53,098 nt of DNA, taken from IMG/VR virus record IMGVR_UViG_3300030090_000465, positions 1 through 53,098 of that record, one strand, 5' to 3'. The position numbers and the translations under genes were made by a program. The DNA comes from a virus (lineage: Duplodnaviria > Caudoviricetes). Below are positions 33,737 through 44,800 of this stretch, in pieces (position 1 is the first letter of the stretch; the number at the start of each line of letters is the position of its first letter). The notes beneath the pieces are model-generated. The model was not told the DNA's origin, did not search any database, and was given only the letters and a program-made list of their open reading frames with translations.

Positions 33737-36700
33737 TGGTTGTTCCTTTCTTTAAATGCTTGTTCTGCCCTTCCTAAACGATCCATAGTTTTAGATATAA
33801 AATCTGGAGGAACATCTCCCATATTTGTTATAAGATCACGCCCCCTTTCTAAAGGAATATTATTTTGCATTTTATATTTAGTTCCTTTACCATCTTTAAA
33901 ATCAACTAAACTATTTACTATATTAGTATATTTAAATTCTTCTCTAGGAATACCTCTTCTTCTAGCATCTATGCCAAAGCTATTGTTCCATCTATCTCCA
34001 TGTTCTGTTCTTGGGTCTTGCCCCAAGTCTATTTGTTCTTTTGCTGAAAGAAGTTCTCTGCCTTGAACAAGAGGAGTAGTTAAATAAGCATTATCATATC
34101 CTAATAAAGCGTGTTGAATTGCATTGAAAGCTTCTTCATTTCCAGATATACCCATTGCAACATTATCTCTATTAAAGTTTCTAACTTCTTGTTCACTTAA
34201 AAATCTTGCAGGTACTTTGTATCCTCTTTCATCTTTAACAGGTATGGGATTACCTTCTTTATCTTTTGTCATTTCCCATTCAGCATATCTAAGTCTTTGA
34301 TCTTCTTTTAATAAACCTTTATCTACTAATTCATTATTTAAATTTACTGCTTCTATAAAAGTATTCATTTGTTTTTCAGGCCCACGCCCTATTAATTTTG
34401 CTAGTGCATTTTTTATACGTCCACCAACACTAAACATTTTTCTATCTTCTTCATCTATATAAGCTTCACCTGCTTGCTCGTTATATGGAAAACCTGTTAG
34501 CTTATCTATACGTTCATCAGGTTCTACAGGAGCTTGAGGTACGTTATATACTTCACCGCCTATAGCAAAAGAGCCTCTAGCTTCTCTTGCTTTTTCTTCA
34601 GCTTGTTGTTTTTCAATTAAATTTTGAGTTGCTCCAAAACCAGTTGGATTTTCAGTGGGTTCAAAATTTAAAGGTACAGTAAGATATTTTGTGGCTGTTC
34701 TTGTTAATTCATCTAATTTATCTTGTGCCTGTTCTTCAAGTATTTCATCTGCAAAAGGAGTGCCTCTATCAAAAGATTGTTTTATAAAATTTAATACATC
34801 AGTTGTATCTAAAAATCTACCATCTTCCATAGACATTAAAAGTGTGGTACTAGCTCCAGAATCTTTTAATACTTGATAGGCTGTTGTAGACCTTAGTTCT
34901 AAAGGAGAAAGTTCTTCTTCTCTACCCTCTCTACTTGCAGTAAAAGCTTGTCCATATGTACTGTCTTCATCTAGTAATGACTGAACAGCTTGATATGTAG
35001 AATATAAATCTTGGGCTGCTTTATATTGTAACTGTAGATTTGTATCTACTTGTTCAATAATATCATCTGCATTTTCTCTAAAATTTGGATAAGAGGGGTT
35101 AATAAAATTTGATCTAAGTTCTCTATACTCTCTATATTTAAAACGTAAAGCTTCTACAGGATCAACTTCTTGAAATCTTATACCTAATAAAGAAGCTACT
35201 AATTCTCCTTGCCATTCTGGTAATTTACCTGAGTATTCATTTACATTACCTGCTGCTATATTATATAAATCATAAGCATCTTCTATAGTTCCGGGCATAA
35301 AAGGAGTTAGTATACTTTCAACTATTGAAGCAACAGGATTTTCTCCTATACTAAACGCTCTTGAACCATCTGGTCTTACGCCATTATTAGTTACCGAATA
35401 TTTAGCATCTAAAAGACTTTTGGCAAGCATTGATTCAGAAACAAAAGGTTCTAAAAGACTACCAACAAAATTTATACCTGCATCTGTTAATACTTTATCT
35501 AATTCTTCGCCTTGTAACTTTCCTGTTCTAACATCTTCTAATGCTTCCATTAAAGGCGCACGAATAGTATTATAAGAATTATAGTTTGTAGTATCTTGTG
35601 TATAAAACTTATCTCCTACTCTAACAATATTTCTAGTTGCTCCTCCATTCCACGGAGTTTCTGTAACTTTGTGAATATTATCTTGTTGTTCATCAGATAA
35701 ACCATAAGTTAAAGCACTAGCCGTTGCTGCTCCTTGCCAAGAACCCATAGAAAGCATATAGCCTGATAGTCTTTGAAGACCCCTTTCTTTTAATACTGGA
35801 TTACCTGACGCAATTTCTTTACTAGCTTCTGTAATTATATTATAACTTGTTCTCCATATTTCAGCAGGAAAAGAAACAAAGTTACCCATTGGTAAAAATC
35901 TTAAAGTTTTAATACCTGCCGGAACTCTATCATAATTAGGAAAAGTATTTTTTACTTTTCTCGCAGCTTCTTGTTCTAAAACATCTAGTGGTTCATTTGG
36001 AAATGCTTTTTGTAAAGTTTCTAATTCTCTTTGAAAATTATTCATTTTAAAAAAATCATCAGTAGCCATATAAACTTCTGTAGCACCATCAATAGTTTTA
36101 TCTAGTACTTGACCACCATAAGGAATTTCTCTTAATTTACTAAACCAATTATCAGCAGTAGATTCCTCACCTACTCTTAATAAATCTTTAAATTCACTTA
36201 AACGAACATTAGTATTAATAACACCTAGTCTTTGATATTTTTCATATTGAGCATCTAAAGCTTCATCTCCAGACTTTAATATTTTATTCCAAAGAACAGC
36301 GTTATTATTAACACCACCTTGAAAGGGCCATACACCATTAGCTAATCCAAACTGCACTCCACCTGCTGCGTTTCTAGCCTGAGTAGCTATGCTTAAAACT
36401 GTTTTAGATTGTTGTGAAGTACCTTTTGCAGTTGCTAAGTTCTTAAAAAAACCACTATCTATAATGCCACCGGGATTCCAAGCATTATTATTTTGCAAAC
36501 TAGCTGCTACTTCTGGTGTTGTCCACTTTCCATTTAACGGAGAGTTTGTCATATTTATTTGTGTTGTAAAAACTTCTGTATCTCTAGCTATTCCATCATC
36601 AAAAATATATTTACCATTAGCTATTTCATTTAAATTACTATGGAATCTACCTACCTCATAAAACTTAGACATTTTTTCTACAGTCTTTACAATATTTAAA

Positions 36701-38679
36701 GCGGGGTCTTCTATCTCCCCTAATAACGCTCTTATTTCTGGCGGTATATCTTTTTTTGCTTTAAATATATATTTGTTTAATGTTCGGCTTTTATCTGTAT
36801 ATTCAAAAATATTATTATCTAACATTTCATTAATAGAATCAGATACTCTAGTAGTTAAAATATCATCTACATGACCAATAAGTTCATCAGGAGATAAATT
36901 AACTCCATGTTGTTTATATACTAAATTTTCTATTTCTAACATTTCTGAACGATCATTAAGAATTTGATTCTTTAAAAAATCTTCTGCATCAAGTCTTACA
37001 TCTATACTAGGGGTGTACCCCTTAGTTTCATAAGCATGATATGATCTTCTTAAATAAGCACCTATATTTTCATTAATAACTTCTTTTACACCATCATCTA
37101 CAAAATCAGTATGTAACATTTTTCTAGACATATCATCTATAAGTAATCTAGCTTCTATTACTTCTGGAGCTATATCTCTTGGTATAGAAAATTGATCTAC
37201 TAAATCTTGTACTACATCTTCATAATTATCATCATTTATAACTCTTGGCATTTTAAAATCAGATGTTAAAACTTTTTGTATTTGTTCAGGCAAAAAATTA
37301 TTTAAAGAATTTGAAGACATTAAATCTTCTAATTTCGATTGTAATCTTCCTGCTACATTTGTAGCATTTTGCATAGCTGCTCTTTGAGCAAAGACAGATT
37401 CATCTAATAAATTTTTACCTGATCTAGAAAGAAAACCATCTGAAGAAAAAAATAATCCTCCAAGTCTTTTAAAACCACCTGTAATACCTTTATTTTGATT
37501 TAATATTTTTTGTACACCTTCATCGGTTTCAGAAATATTTATTTTAGTAGTTCCTTGTTGTTTTGCTACTGCTGCTAGTTGCCTAGCTTCATCTAATTCA
37601 CTTACAACTATATTTACCCGTTGTTCATTAGTTAAATTTTCTGCCCGAGTATCGTACATCTCATAGCCTTTCTTTCTAAAAAAACTATTACCCATCAATT
37701 CAAATGCAACACCTAAACCAATAGTATCTATTTGTTGTTTTAATCTTGCTGTAGCTCTAGAATCATCAGGGTCAGTAGATAAAAACTCAATGGCTTGTTG
37801 CGCCCAATTTAAAGACTTACCACTTTCAGAATCAACAAATACTTCTTCTAATACTGTAGCTAAATTGCCATCTTCAGGATCAAACAAAGCATTTTCCAAT
37901 ACAAATGCTTTAGTAACTTCTCTAACTATAGGACTCTTTATATTTTTTATAGCATTAATTTTTCCTAATGCACCATAGCCACTTATCATTAAACCTAAGT
38001 CTGTTGCTAGTCCTGTAAAACCTTCTGCGGGTACTACTTTACCAGTATCAGGATCATATAAGTCTTCCATTTCTACATCAGGTAACCACCCAAAAGAAAA
38101 TCCTTTAGATGCAAGAGTAGTAGTTCTTCTAGCAGCTTCTCTTCTTCTTTGTTCTCTTTCTTCTGGTGTACGACCAAACCAATCTCCATCCCTATCTATA
38201 ATAGAAGCTACATCTACTAAAGCTTGTCCTGTATTAACTCCTGCTCTAGTTATTGATTTAGCTACTTCAGTATAAGTAGAAGTTTCTTTTTCTTCTGTTT
38301 CTTCGGCTTCTTCAACTTCAGGTAAATTTAAACCTGCGGCATACACATCAGAAGCTTCAGAAAGTCTTTCAGACCTTTGTTGATCTGCTAGTATTTTATT
38401 TTCTATATCTATTTCTTCTTGGCTTCTTCTATATCTTTGTGCTTGAGATTTGCTAGGTACTACTCCCGGCATAATACTATCAGGGGCATCACGTTGCGTA
38501 GGTCTAGTAATTATCGTAGTAGAAGAATCAAGATAGTTTCCTTGTTCTCTTTGAAGTGCAATAAAATCTTTTAACTCCTGTGTAAAAGTACCATCCTCAT
38601 TATAAGGAGTAATGTTTGCACTAGCCGGAACTTCGATGGGCCTATTATCATTACCTGTATAAATAAATCTTTCAGCCAT
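33733..38679 (-). CDS. Large internal virion (ejection) protein
   Basis: 1648 aa, helical; PNYDRVP...GNFVSFPAE motif of large podovirus internal proteins. Confidence 0.75.
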   Translation of the reverse strand: MAERFIYTGNDNRPIEVPASANITPYNEDGTFTQELKDFIALQREQGNYLDSSTTIITRPTQRDAPDSIMPGVVPSKSQAQRYRRSQEEIDIENKILADQQRSERLSEASDVYAAGLNLPEVEEAEETEEKETSTYTEVAKSITRAGVNTGQALVDVASIIDRDGDWFGRTPEEREQRRREAARRTTTLASKGFSFGWLPDVEMEDLYDPDTGKVVPAEGFTGLATDLGLMISGYGALGKINAIKNIKSPIVREVTKAFVLENALFDPEDGNLATVLEEVFVDSESGKSLNWAQQAIEFLSTDPDDSRATARLKQQIDTIGLGVAFELMGNSFFRKKGYEMYDTRAENLTNEQRVNIVVSELDEARQLAAVAKQQGTTKINISETDEGVQKILNQNKGITGGFKRLGGLFFSSDGFLSRSGKNLLDESVFAQRAAMQNATNVAGRLQSKLEDLMSSNSLNNFLPEQIQKVLTSDFKMPRVINDDNYEDVVQDLVDQFSIPRDIAPEVIEARLLIDDMSRKMLHTDFVDDGVKEVINENIGAYLRRSYHAYETKGYTPSIDVRLDAEDFLKNQILNDRSEMLEIENLVYKQHGVNLSPDELIGHVDDILTTRVSDSINEMLDNNIFEYTDKSRTLNKYIFKAKKDIPPEIRALLGEIEDPALNIVKTVEKMSKFYEVGRFHSNLNEIANGKYIFDDGIARDTEVFTTQINMTNSPLNGKWTTPEVAASLQNNNAWNPGGIIDSGFFKNLATAKGTSQQSKTVLSIATQARNAAGGVQFGLANGVWPFQGGVNNNAVLWNKILKSGDEALDAQYEKYQRLGVINTNVRLSEFKDLLRVGEESTADNWFSKLREIPYGGQVLDKTIDGATEVYMATDDFFKMNNFQRELETLQKAFPNEPLDVLEQEAARKVKNTFPNYDRVPAGIKTLRFLPMGNFVSFPAEIWRTSYNIITEASKEIASGNPVLKERGLQRLSGYMLSMGSWQGAATASALTYGLSDEQQDNIHKVTETPWNGGATRNIVRVGDKFYTQDTTNYNSYNTIRAPLMEALEDVRTGKLQGEELDKVLTDAGINFVGSLLEPFVSESMLAKSLLDAKYSVTNNGVRPDGSRAFSIGENPVASIVESILTPFMPGTIEDAYDLYNIAAGNVNEYSGKLPEWQGELVASLLGIRFQEVDPVEALRFKYREYRELRSNFINPSYPNFRENADDIIEQVDTNLQLQYKAAQDLYSTYQAVQSLLDEDSTYGQAFTASREGREEELSPLELRSTTAYQVLKDSGASTTLLMSMEDGRFLDTTDVLNFIKQSFDRGTPFADEILEEQAQDKLDELTRTATKYLTVPLNFEPTENPTGFGATQNLIEKQQAEEKAREARGSFAIGGEVYNVPQAPVEPDERIDKLTGFPYNEQAGEAYIDEEDRKMFSVGGRIKNALAKLIGRGPEKQMNTFIEAVNLNNELVDKGLLKEDQRLRYAEWEMTKDKEGNPIPVKDERGYKVPARFLSEQEVRNFNRDNVAMGISGNEEAFNAIQHALLGYDNAYLTTPLVQGRELLSAKEQIDLGQDPRTEHGDRWNNSFGIDARRRGIPREEFKYTNIVNSLVDFKDGKGTKYKMQNNIPLERGRDLITNMGDVPPDFISKTMDRLGRAEQAFKERNNQ

Positions 38680-38680
38680 T

Positions 38681-40075
38681 TTAGATTCCTTGTCCCTGTG
38701 CTCTTATTAATTTGTTAGCTTCAAAAATACTATTTATTCTTACATTCATTTTTGATACTATGTCATCAAAGCGTTGTTTATAGTAATCAGGATTACTAGT
38801 TTTAAATTCAAGTATACTTGCTAACATTTCAGTAACTTCTGTATTTATTAAATCAAATTGAGCTTTAAGAGCAGCATCCATTGTTTCTGATCTTAAATTA
38901 CCGGGAACTGCCGACAGTTCAGAATAAATATCTGATACAATTTTTAAATTTTCAACTATGTCATCACCCGCTTCTATATCTATTAAAGAAAGCTTACCTT
39001 TTGACTCATCACTTACTCTTTCATTAAATTCTATTACAGCTTTAGGATTTAATTGAGCAACAGCCATCATATGAAAATTAGCTGCTGCATAAACTTCTCT
39101 AGCTATATCGTCTGCTGCTTTGTCTCTCATCTCTGGACTAGAATAATCGTTAAAATTTATTTTATCTTCATCTAATTCTTGAATAAATTTACGTTCAGGA
39201 TTGTTGAGAGCGTACCATTTTCTTTGTCCTTTAAGCATTAATCTACCATCTACAACTTGTGTTTGTATCTCTTCGTCTTCTATAGCCCATAATTGTTTTT
39301 TTTCTCCTGCTATGCCAAGATCATCTTTCATATCAGTAGCAAATTTAGCAAAGTCATAACTTTTCATAACATTTCTACTTTTGTTATAGTTTTTTTCAAA
39401 AAGATTTAAAGCATCAGCATTACGAGCAAAAGGAGAATTAGCTATTGATTGTATAGCTCTAGCATCCAATTCTTCTTGAGAAGTTCCTCTAACATAATTT
39501 ACACCTTTTTGAAATAAAGCCCCAAACAAATCATCAGACCTAGCTTTGCCTCTATTTAATTTTACTAAAGATGCGTATTCTTCTGGAGTTCCTATTTTTC
39601 TTACAAGAGCCATAGCTTCGTTATGTTTATCAGCATTTTCTTGCGCCCAATCATCTACTAATTTTGTAATTTGTTCTTTATAAGGCCCGTAGTCTCCAAC
39701 ATAAATATCCATACCTTCTGATCTTAAAGCTTCTGCTGCTCTCCTTTCTGCTTCTTCTCTATCAACATTAGCATAATATTGAAAAGCATCACCACCAAAC
39801 TCTTCATTTATTCTTTTATTTATTCCTAATCTAGTTTGTGCATTTTCTAAAGCTAGTGCATAGTCTTGATTTTCTTTTACCAAAGCTGAGTTATAATCAA
39901 ATTCTTCTATATTTGAAGTTGTAAGTGCTCTAGTACCTGCATCTATAATAGGCGGTATAAGAAGTTCAGCCCAAGCTTGTCTTTTTTGAAAAGATTCTTG
40001 ACGCTTTCTAAACTTATCATCCCTAGCTCTTTTTTGAGATAATAAGCTTGCTCCTAATTCTTTTGCTTTACTCAT
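38681..40075 (-). CDS. Putative internal virion protein
   Basis: 464 aa, helical, in the ejection-protein cluster. Confidence 0.6.
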   Translation of the reverse strand: MSKAKELGASLLSQKRARDDKFRKRQESFQKRQAWAELLIPPIIDAGTRALTTSNIEEFDYNSALVKENQDYALALENAQTRLGINKRINEEFGGDAFQYYANVDREEAERRAAEALRSEGMDIYVGDYGPYKEQITKLVDDWAQENADKHNEAMALVRKIGTPEEYASLVKLNRGKARSDDLFGALFQKGVNYVRGTSQEELDARAIQSIANSPFARNADALNLFEKNYNKSRNVMKSYDFAKFATDMKDDLGIAGEKKQLWAIEDEEIQTQVVDGRLMLKGQRKWYALNNPERKFIQELDEDKINFNDYSSPEMRDKAADDIAREVYAAANFHMMAVAQLNPKAVIEFNERVSDESKGKLSLIDIEAGDDIVENLKIVSDIYSELSAVPGNLRSETMDAALKAQFDLINTEVTEMLASILEFKTSNPDYYKQRFDDIVSKMNVRINSIFEANKLIRAQGQGI

Positions 40076-40077
40076 CT

Positions 40078-40668
40078 TTAGTTCCTTCCTAATAGACTAT
40101 TAATGTCATCTTCAACAGCTTGATCAGGTTGTGCTAATAAACTAGCAACTTCTATATTTTCTAAATCTTCTTTTATCTCTGTAGGTAATACTCCTGCCGG
40201 AATAGTATCTTTTCTAGCAGCTTCAGCTAATTTTCTTAGCTTATCTTTTTTCATATCTACATTAAACATTTGAACTTCTTCATCTGAATCTTCATCTTCG
40301 CCATCATAAATTATAGGGTCTATATCATTTCTTTCGCATAGTGCTAGTAACATATAACATAAAGGTTCAGCTAGTATCATCATAAGATCAGGATTCCATT
40401 TACCTTCTGTAAATCCTTGAAATAATAATACTTGAGATATTTCCATTAAAGGAGTTCCTTTTGCTGTCATATCCATTAAAGATGAGTACGCATCTCGTTG
40501 AGTTATTATATTTAATAAGTATCTAAGACTTTCATCTAGATTTACAAACTCTGGAGGTTTTTCCCAAGGCCACGGATTATCAGGATCGCTAGTTAAACTT
40601 TGACCGGGAATTGATCTATTTAAAGAAACTCTAGAGTCTATAGGATTATCCATTCTCTGCATTGCCAT
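40078..40668 (-). CDS. Conserved virion-associated protein
   Basis: IPGQSLT...WPWEKPP...GKWNPDL motifs. Confidence 0.7.
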   Translation of the reverse strand: MAMQRMDNPIDSRVSLNRSIPGQSLTSDPDNPWPWEKPPEFVNLDESLRYLLNIITQRDAYSSLMDMTAKGTPLMEISQVLLFQGFTEGKWNPDLMMILAEPLCYMLLALCERNDIDPIIYDGEDEDSDEEVQMFNVDMKKDKLRKLAEAARKDTIPAGVLPTEIKEDLENIEVASLLAQPDQAVEDDINSLLGRN

Positions 40669-40679
40669 TATAAACTCCT

Positions 40680-41810
40680 TTAAGATAATCTATAAAATGC
40701 TTGTAAGTCAGCAGCGTAAGTATTAGAACCATCATATAAACCTGTAGCTTTTGGTTGTCTTAAAGAAGCTGCTAAGAATTGATCGCCTCCTATACCATAG
40801 TCTACTGCTCCACCTGCACCAGATACTTGAACAGTTCCGGCATCAACTGTATAACCAATATTAGGAGGTTCAGGAGCCGGGCCTGTTGCTAAATTAGTTA
40901 TTCCTTGTACTGCCATAGTTTTTGCAGCACTAACGCCTACATCTTTAGCAAAACCACCTACTGTAGTATCAAAAAAGCCACCTACTGCATCTTCTACTGG
41001 AGGGCTTGGCATTTTAAAAGGTACATCTACAGTTGGAGTAGGTATTATTTTTTCTCCAGTTAATAGGTTTGTATCAGGACTTAATGCTTTATCTAACAAA
41101 GAAGACCTCGGTGTTGTTGCTTGAGCTATTGAAGACCTATTAATTAAAGATGGGCCTTGTACAACATTAGAAATATTATCCATATCTAAATTTATAACTT
41201 GTCCATCAATATTGCCCCAATCAGATATTTGAGGATTCATTTTTTTAATACTATCTACAGAATGATAAGCACTATCTGATATACTTTGTAATGTTGTATT
41301 TGAACCTGCGGTTATGCTAGATTTAAAAGGGTCTAAAATTTTATTAGCATTTGCGGTTATATCTGTAGTTACTTTGCCCCAAGCTTCTGAAAAAGTACTA
41401 GAACCCACATCTCCAAATCCAAATTTAGTAGGGTCTAAACCTAATTTATTTAAACCTGTTTTAGTAAATTCTTTTAAAAAACTTCCTATTCCTTCTGTAA
41501 TAGTTCCAAAAGCATTTTTACCTGCGGTTATAAACTTACCTGCTTTACCTATTACAAATTGTGAGCCTTTAAGTACAGCATTTCCGATTGGCCCCATAGC
41601 TTTTAAAGCTCCTGCTGCTATACCTCCCATGCCTTTAAACATAGAACTAAGCATAGGCCCGACCCCCGGAATAAACATTAAAGCTATTTGACCAACAATG
41701 CCAATCTTATTCATAAACTTGCCAACGCCTTTAACAACTTTTTTAATACCCCTACCAATTTTCTTAAAGACATTTTTAACACCTTTAAATATTTTTTTAA
41801 AGAATCCCAT
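40680..41810 (-). CDS. Putative ejection protein with an N-terminal amphipathic helix
   Basis: MGFFKKIFKGVKNVFKKIGRGIKKVVKGVGKF followed by Gly-rich hydrophobic segments. Confidence 0.65.
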   Translation of the reverse strand: MGFFKKIFKGVKNVFKKIGRGIKKVVKGVGKFMNKIGIVGQIALMFIPGVGPMLSSMFKGMGGIAAGALKAMGPIGNAVLKGSQFVIGKAGKFITAGKNAFGTITEGIGSFLKEFTKTGLNKLGLDPTKFGFGDVGSSTFSEAWGKVTTDITANANKILDPFKSSITAGSNTTLQSISDSAYHSVDSIKKMNPQISDWGNIDGQVINLDMDNISNVVQGPSLINRSSIAQATTPRSSLLDKALSPDTNLLTGEKIIPTPTVDVPFKMPSPPVEDAVGGFFDTTVGGFAKDVGVSAAKTMAVQGITNLATGPAPEPPNIGYTVDAGTVQVSGAGGAVDYGIGGDQFLAASLRQPKATGLYDGSNTYAADLQAFYRLS

Positions 41811-41819
41811 TGTTTTCTC

Positions 41820-44800
41820 CTAGCTAACTACTTTGTTTTTAATAAGATCAAGAATTGGACTAATGCCGTCTGCTCCTTTACCGCCTACATCATTTGAAAT
41901 TGCTGTAGCATAAAGAGTTGTTGTTCTTTGTTCATCATTTTCATATGCCTGTCTTAAATAAGCTGCTTCATCTCTAAGTTCTTGCCAAATAAAATTTTGA
42001 TCGGCTGCTGAAATTTGAAAAGCTTTAGCTGCATTTTCTTGGTTAGCTGCATTTGTAGCTGCTGTATCAATCGTATTAGCTTGTCTACGCCATTGTATAT
42101 TAGATTGCTCTATAGCTTGAGCATTAGCAGCGTTCCATTGTTCTCGTTGTAAATCATACTGTTCATTAAAACTATCAATCTGTACTTTAATTTGATTGTT
42201 AAACTTAGCAGCATCTATAGCGTTACCTGCGTTTACTGCTGCTACTCTATTTTCTTCAGCAGTATTAAACTGAGCCATAGCATTTGTTTGACTTGTATTA
42301 AACTGTTCAATTTGTGTAGCTAAACTTTCATTAAACTGATTAACTTGATTATCTGATGTAGCATTAAATTGTCTAGCTGCATTAGTAGCTGCCTGATCAG
42401 ATAATAGTCTTTGTTGCTCTACTTGCGTATCAAGTATTAATGCTTGTTGCTCATTACTTAAATTAGCCATATCTCTACTTAAAAAGTTTTGAGCTTGAGT
42501 AATAGCTAGTCTAGTTCTTTGATCGGCTGTAGCAACATCTAGTCCTGCAAGTGCTGTAGCATTTTGCATAACAGCTTGTTGTCTTGCATTAAAGTCTGTT
42601 ATTGTTGCAGTTTGCATAAAACGACTATTAGCTAGTTCAACCTGCTGTGCATCATTAAACTTAGTTAAATCCATTCGGGCTACTGTAGCTGCATTATTAA
42701 CTGCACGTTGTTGATCTGCACTTAATAAAGCTACTCCCATTCTTTCGGCTATTCTAGCTTGAGCTAAATTAGTCTGCATCCTAGAATTTAAATTAGCTAA
42801 TTCAGTTTGTTGGGCTGCTGATAAATTTTGAGCATCAGCTTGGTTTAAAGCTGTTAAATTAGCTAGTCTTGTTTGTTGATCACTACTAAGATTAGCAAGC
42901 TCCATTTGTTGAGCGAACCCTGCATTTCTAGACAAGAAGTCTGCTGCTACTTGCATCTCAGCAAGACGCTCTTGATTTTCAGCAGTCATGTTTTGCTGTT
43001 CTGTTTGATTCTTTATTTGTAAGTTAGCAAGTTCTATTTGCTGTTCATTACCTAAGTTTTGTGATCTAGATGCAGCTTCATTCTGTGCATTAAGTTCAGC
43101 AGTTCTTTGTTGGTTCTGAAGATTCTGTAGTCTAACTTGCTGCTGTTGATTAGCAGATAAAGTATCTCTCTCTTGATTAAACTGACTTTGAAGAACATTT
43201 AAGTTCTGTGCAAACTGCGCTGACTGTGACTCTGCTGTTTGACGATTTGCTAAGTTATTCATTCTTCTAGTAGCATCTAACTGTGATCTTTGTAGATTAG
43301 CTTGTTGCTCATTAGAAAGATTTTGTGCTGCTCTAGTCTGTAAAGCCTGTGCATTACTTTGGGCTATAGGTATAGCACTTTGTATAACAGCATTAAATAA
43401 AGCATCTCGTCCTACCGTAGAAGCATCTATGCCTCGTTGAGTCATGTTTTGATTAACAGCATCATAAGCAGGTCTAGCCCATGTAGGTATATTACCAGAC
43501 TCCATACCTGCTAAAAGTGTTTCCATCTGTGAAGATACTAAAGCTTCTTGAGGTAACGCTGCTACTGCTGCAATAACTTCAGGAGTTTCATTGTCTATCT
43601 GTGCTTCTACTTTAGCGGGGTCTTCTACTATAGTCCTTGCTAAGTTAGTGGGAATGTTAGCTGTCTGTGCAGTAAACTGAACTGCTGCATCTTTAGCTGC
43701 AACTCCTGTAACTTCTCTACGTTTATAAGATTCATAGTCTATAGTGTCTGTAATTCTAGCAGCATCACCTGTAGCTGATGTACCTGTTATAGCTTCTCTA
43801 GTTTGTTTTTCAGCTTCTTTAGTTGGTGAAAGAGTAGTCATTCCTCTTGGTTCTACTTTTTCTACGAACGCAGCATCAGACAAATTAACATCTGTTGTTC
43901 TTCTGCCTAATCCAGTTTTTAATTGTTCTGCACTAAACTGTGCTGCTTGCGCTCTTTCAGTTAGTTGATTAATTTCATCTACTGTAATAGGTGGTCTATT
44001 TCTATTTTGTGCAAACTGTGGACTGTTTAAAACATTTACTAAAGCTGCGTTATAGTTTGCAGGAGTTACTGTACCTGCTTTAGCTGCTTGATCTACAGTA
44101 GCCTTTGCTGCTGTAAAAGCTGACGTAGATACTCCTGTAGGTGCTGTTATGTCTTCAAAGTCTGATACTGCCTCTACATCTGCATCTGCTGTTATACCTG
44201 TACTTGGATCAATATTTGCTGCTATTCTATCATCAAATAATAAATTAGGATCAACTCTTTGATAATCAGATATAAAAGCTCCCGGTGCTGTAGTACCATC
44301 TGCTTTTGTTGCAGTATCAACAGCAGCCATTTGTGCTTGTTGCGCTCTATCTAACAATTTAGGTCTGGTAGCTGCTTGAACTCCTCCTGCAAACGGAGCA
44401 GGAATATCAGTAGTACCTGTGTCTGCTACTTGATTTTGTCTAGCTAGTTCTGCCTCTACTTGTGCTACAGTAGCTCCAAACTTATCAGCAGCTTGGGCTG
44501 AAGTTATTGTTCCTGCATTAAGAGCATCAACTACTTGTTGTGTTTCAGCCGGAGTATATCTACCATCGGCAGGTATAGCTGCTATAGTAGAATCAGTAAT
44601 AGGTGGAATGGTAGAAGTTGTAGCCGGAGCAGGTGCAGGTGCAGGTGCAGCTTGAGTATTAGCAGCAGCTTGAGCAGCAGGAGGTGTATAGCCTGAAGCT
44701 GTATTAATAGCTGCTAAGTTTTGATTAACATAATCTTCAGTAACACCATACTCTTTTGCAAGATCAGCAGCAGTTCTTGTACCTGCATTAAGATCAGCAA

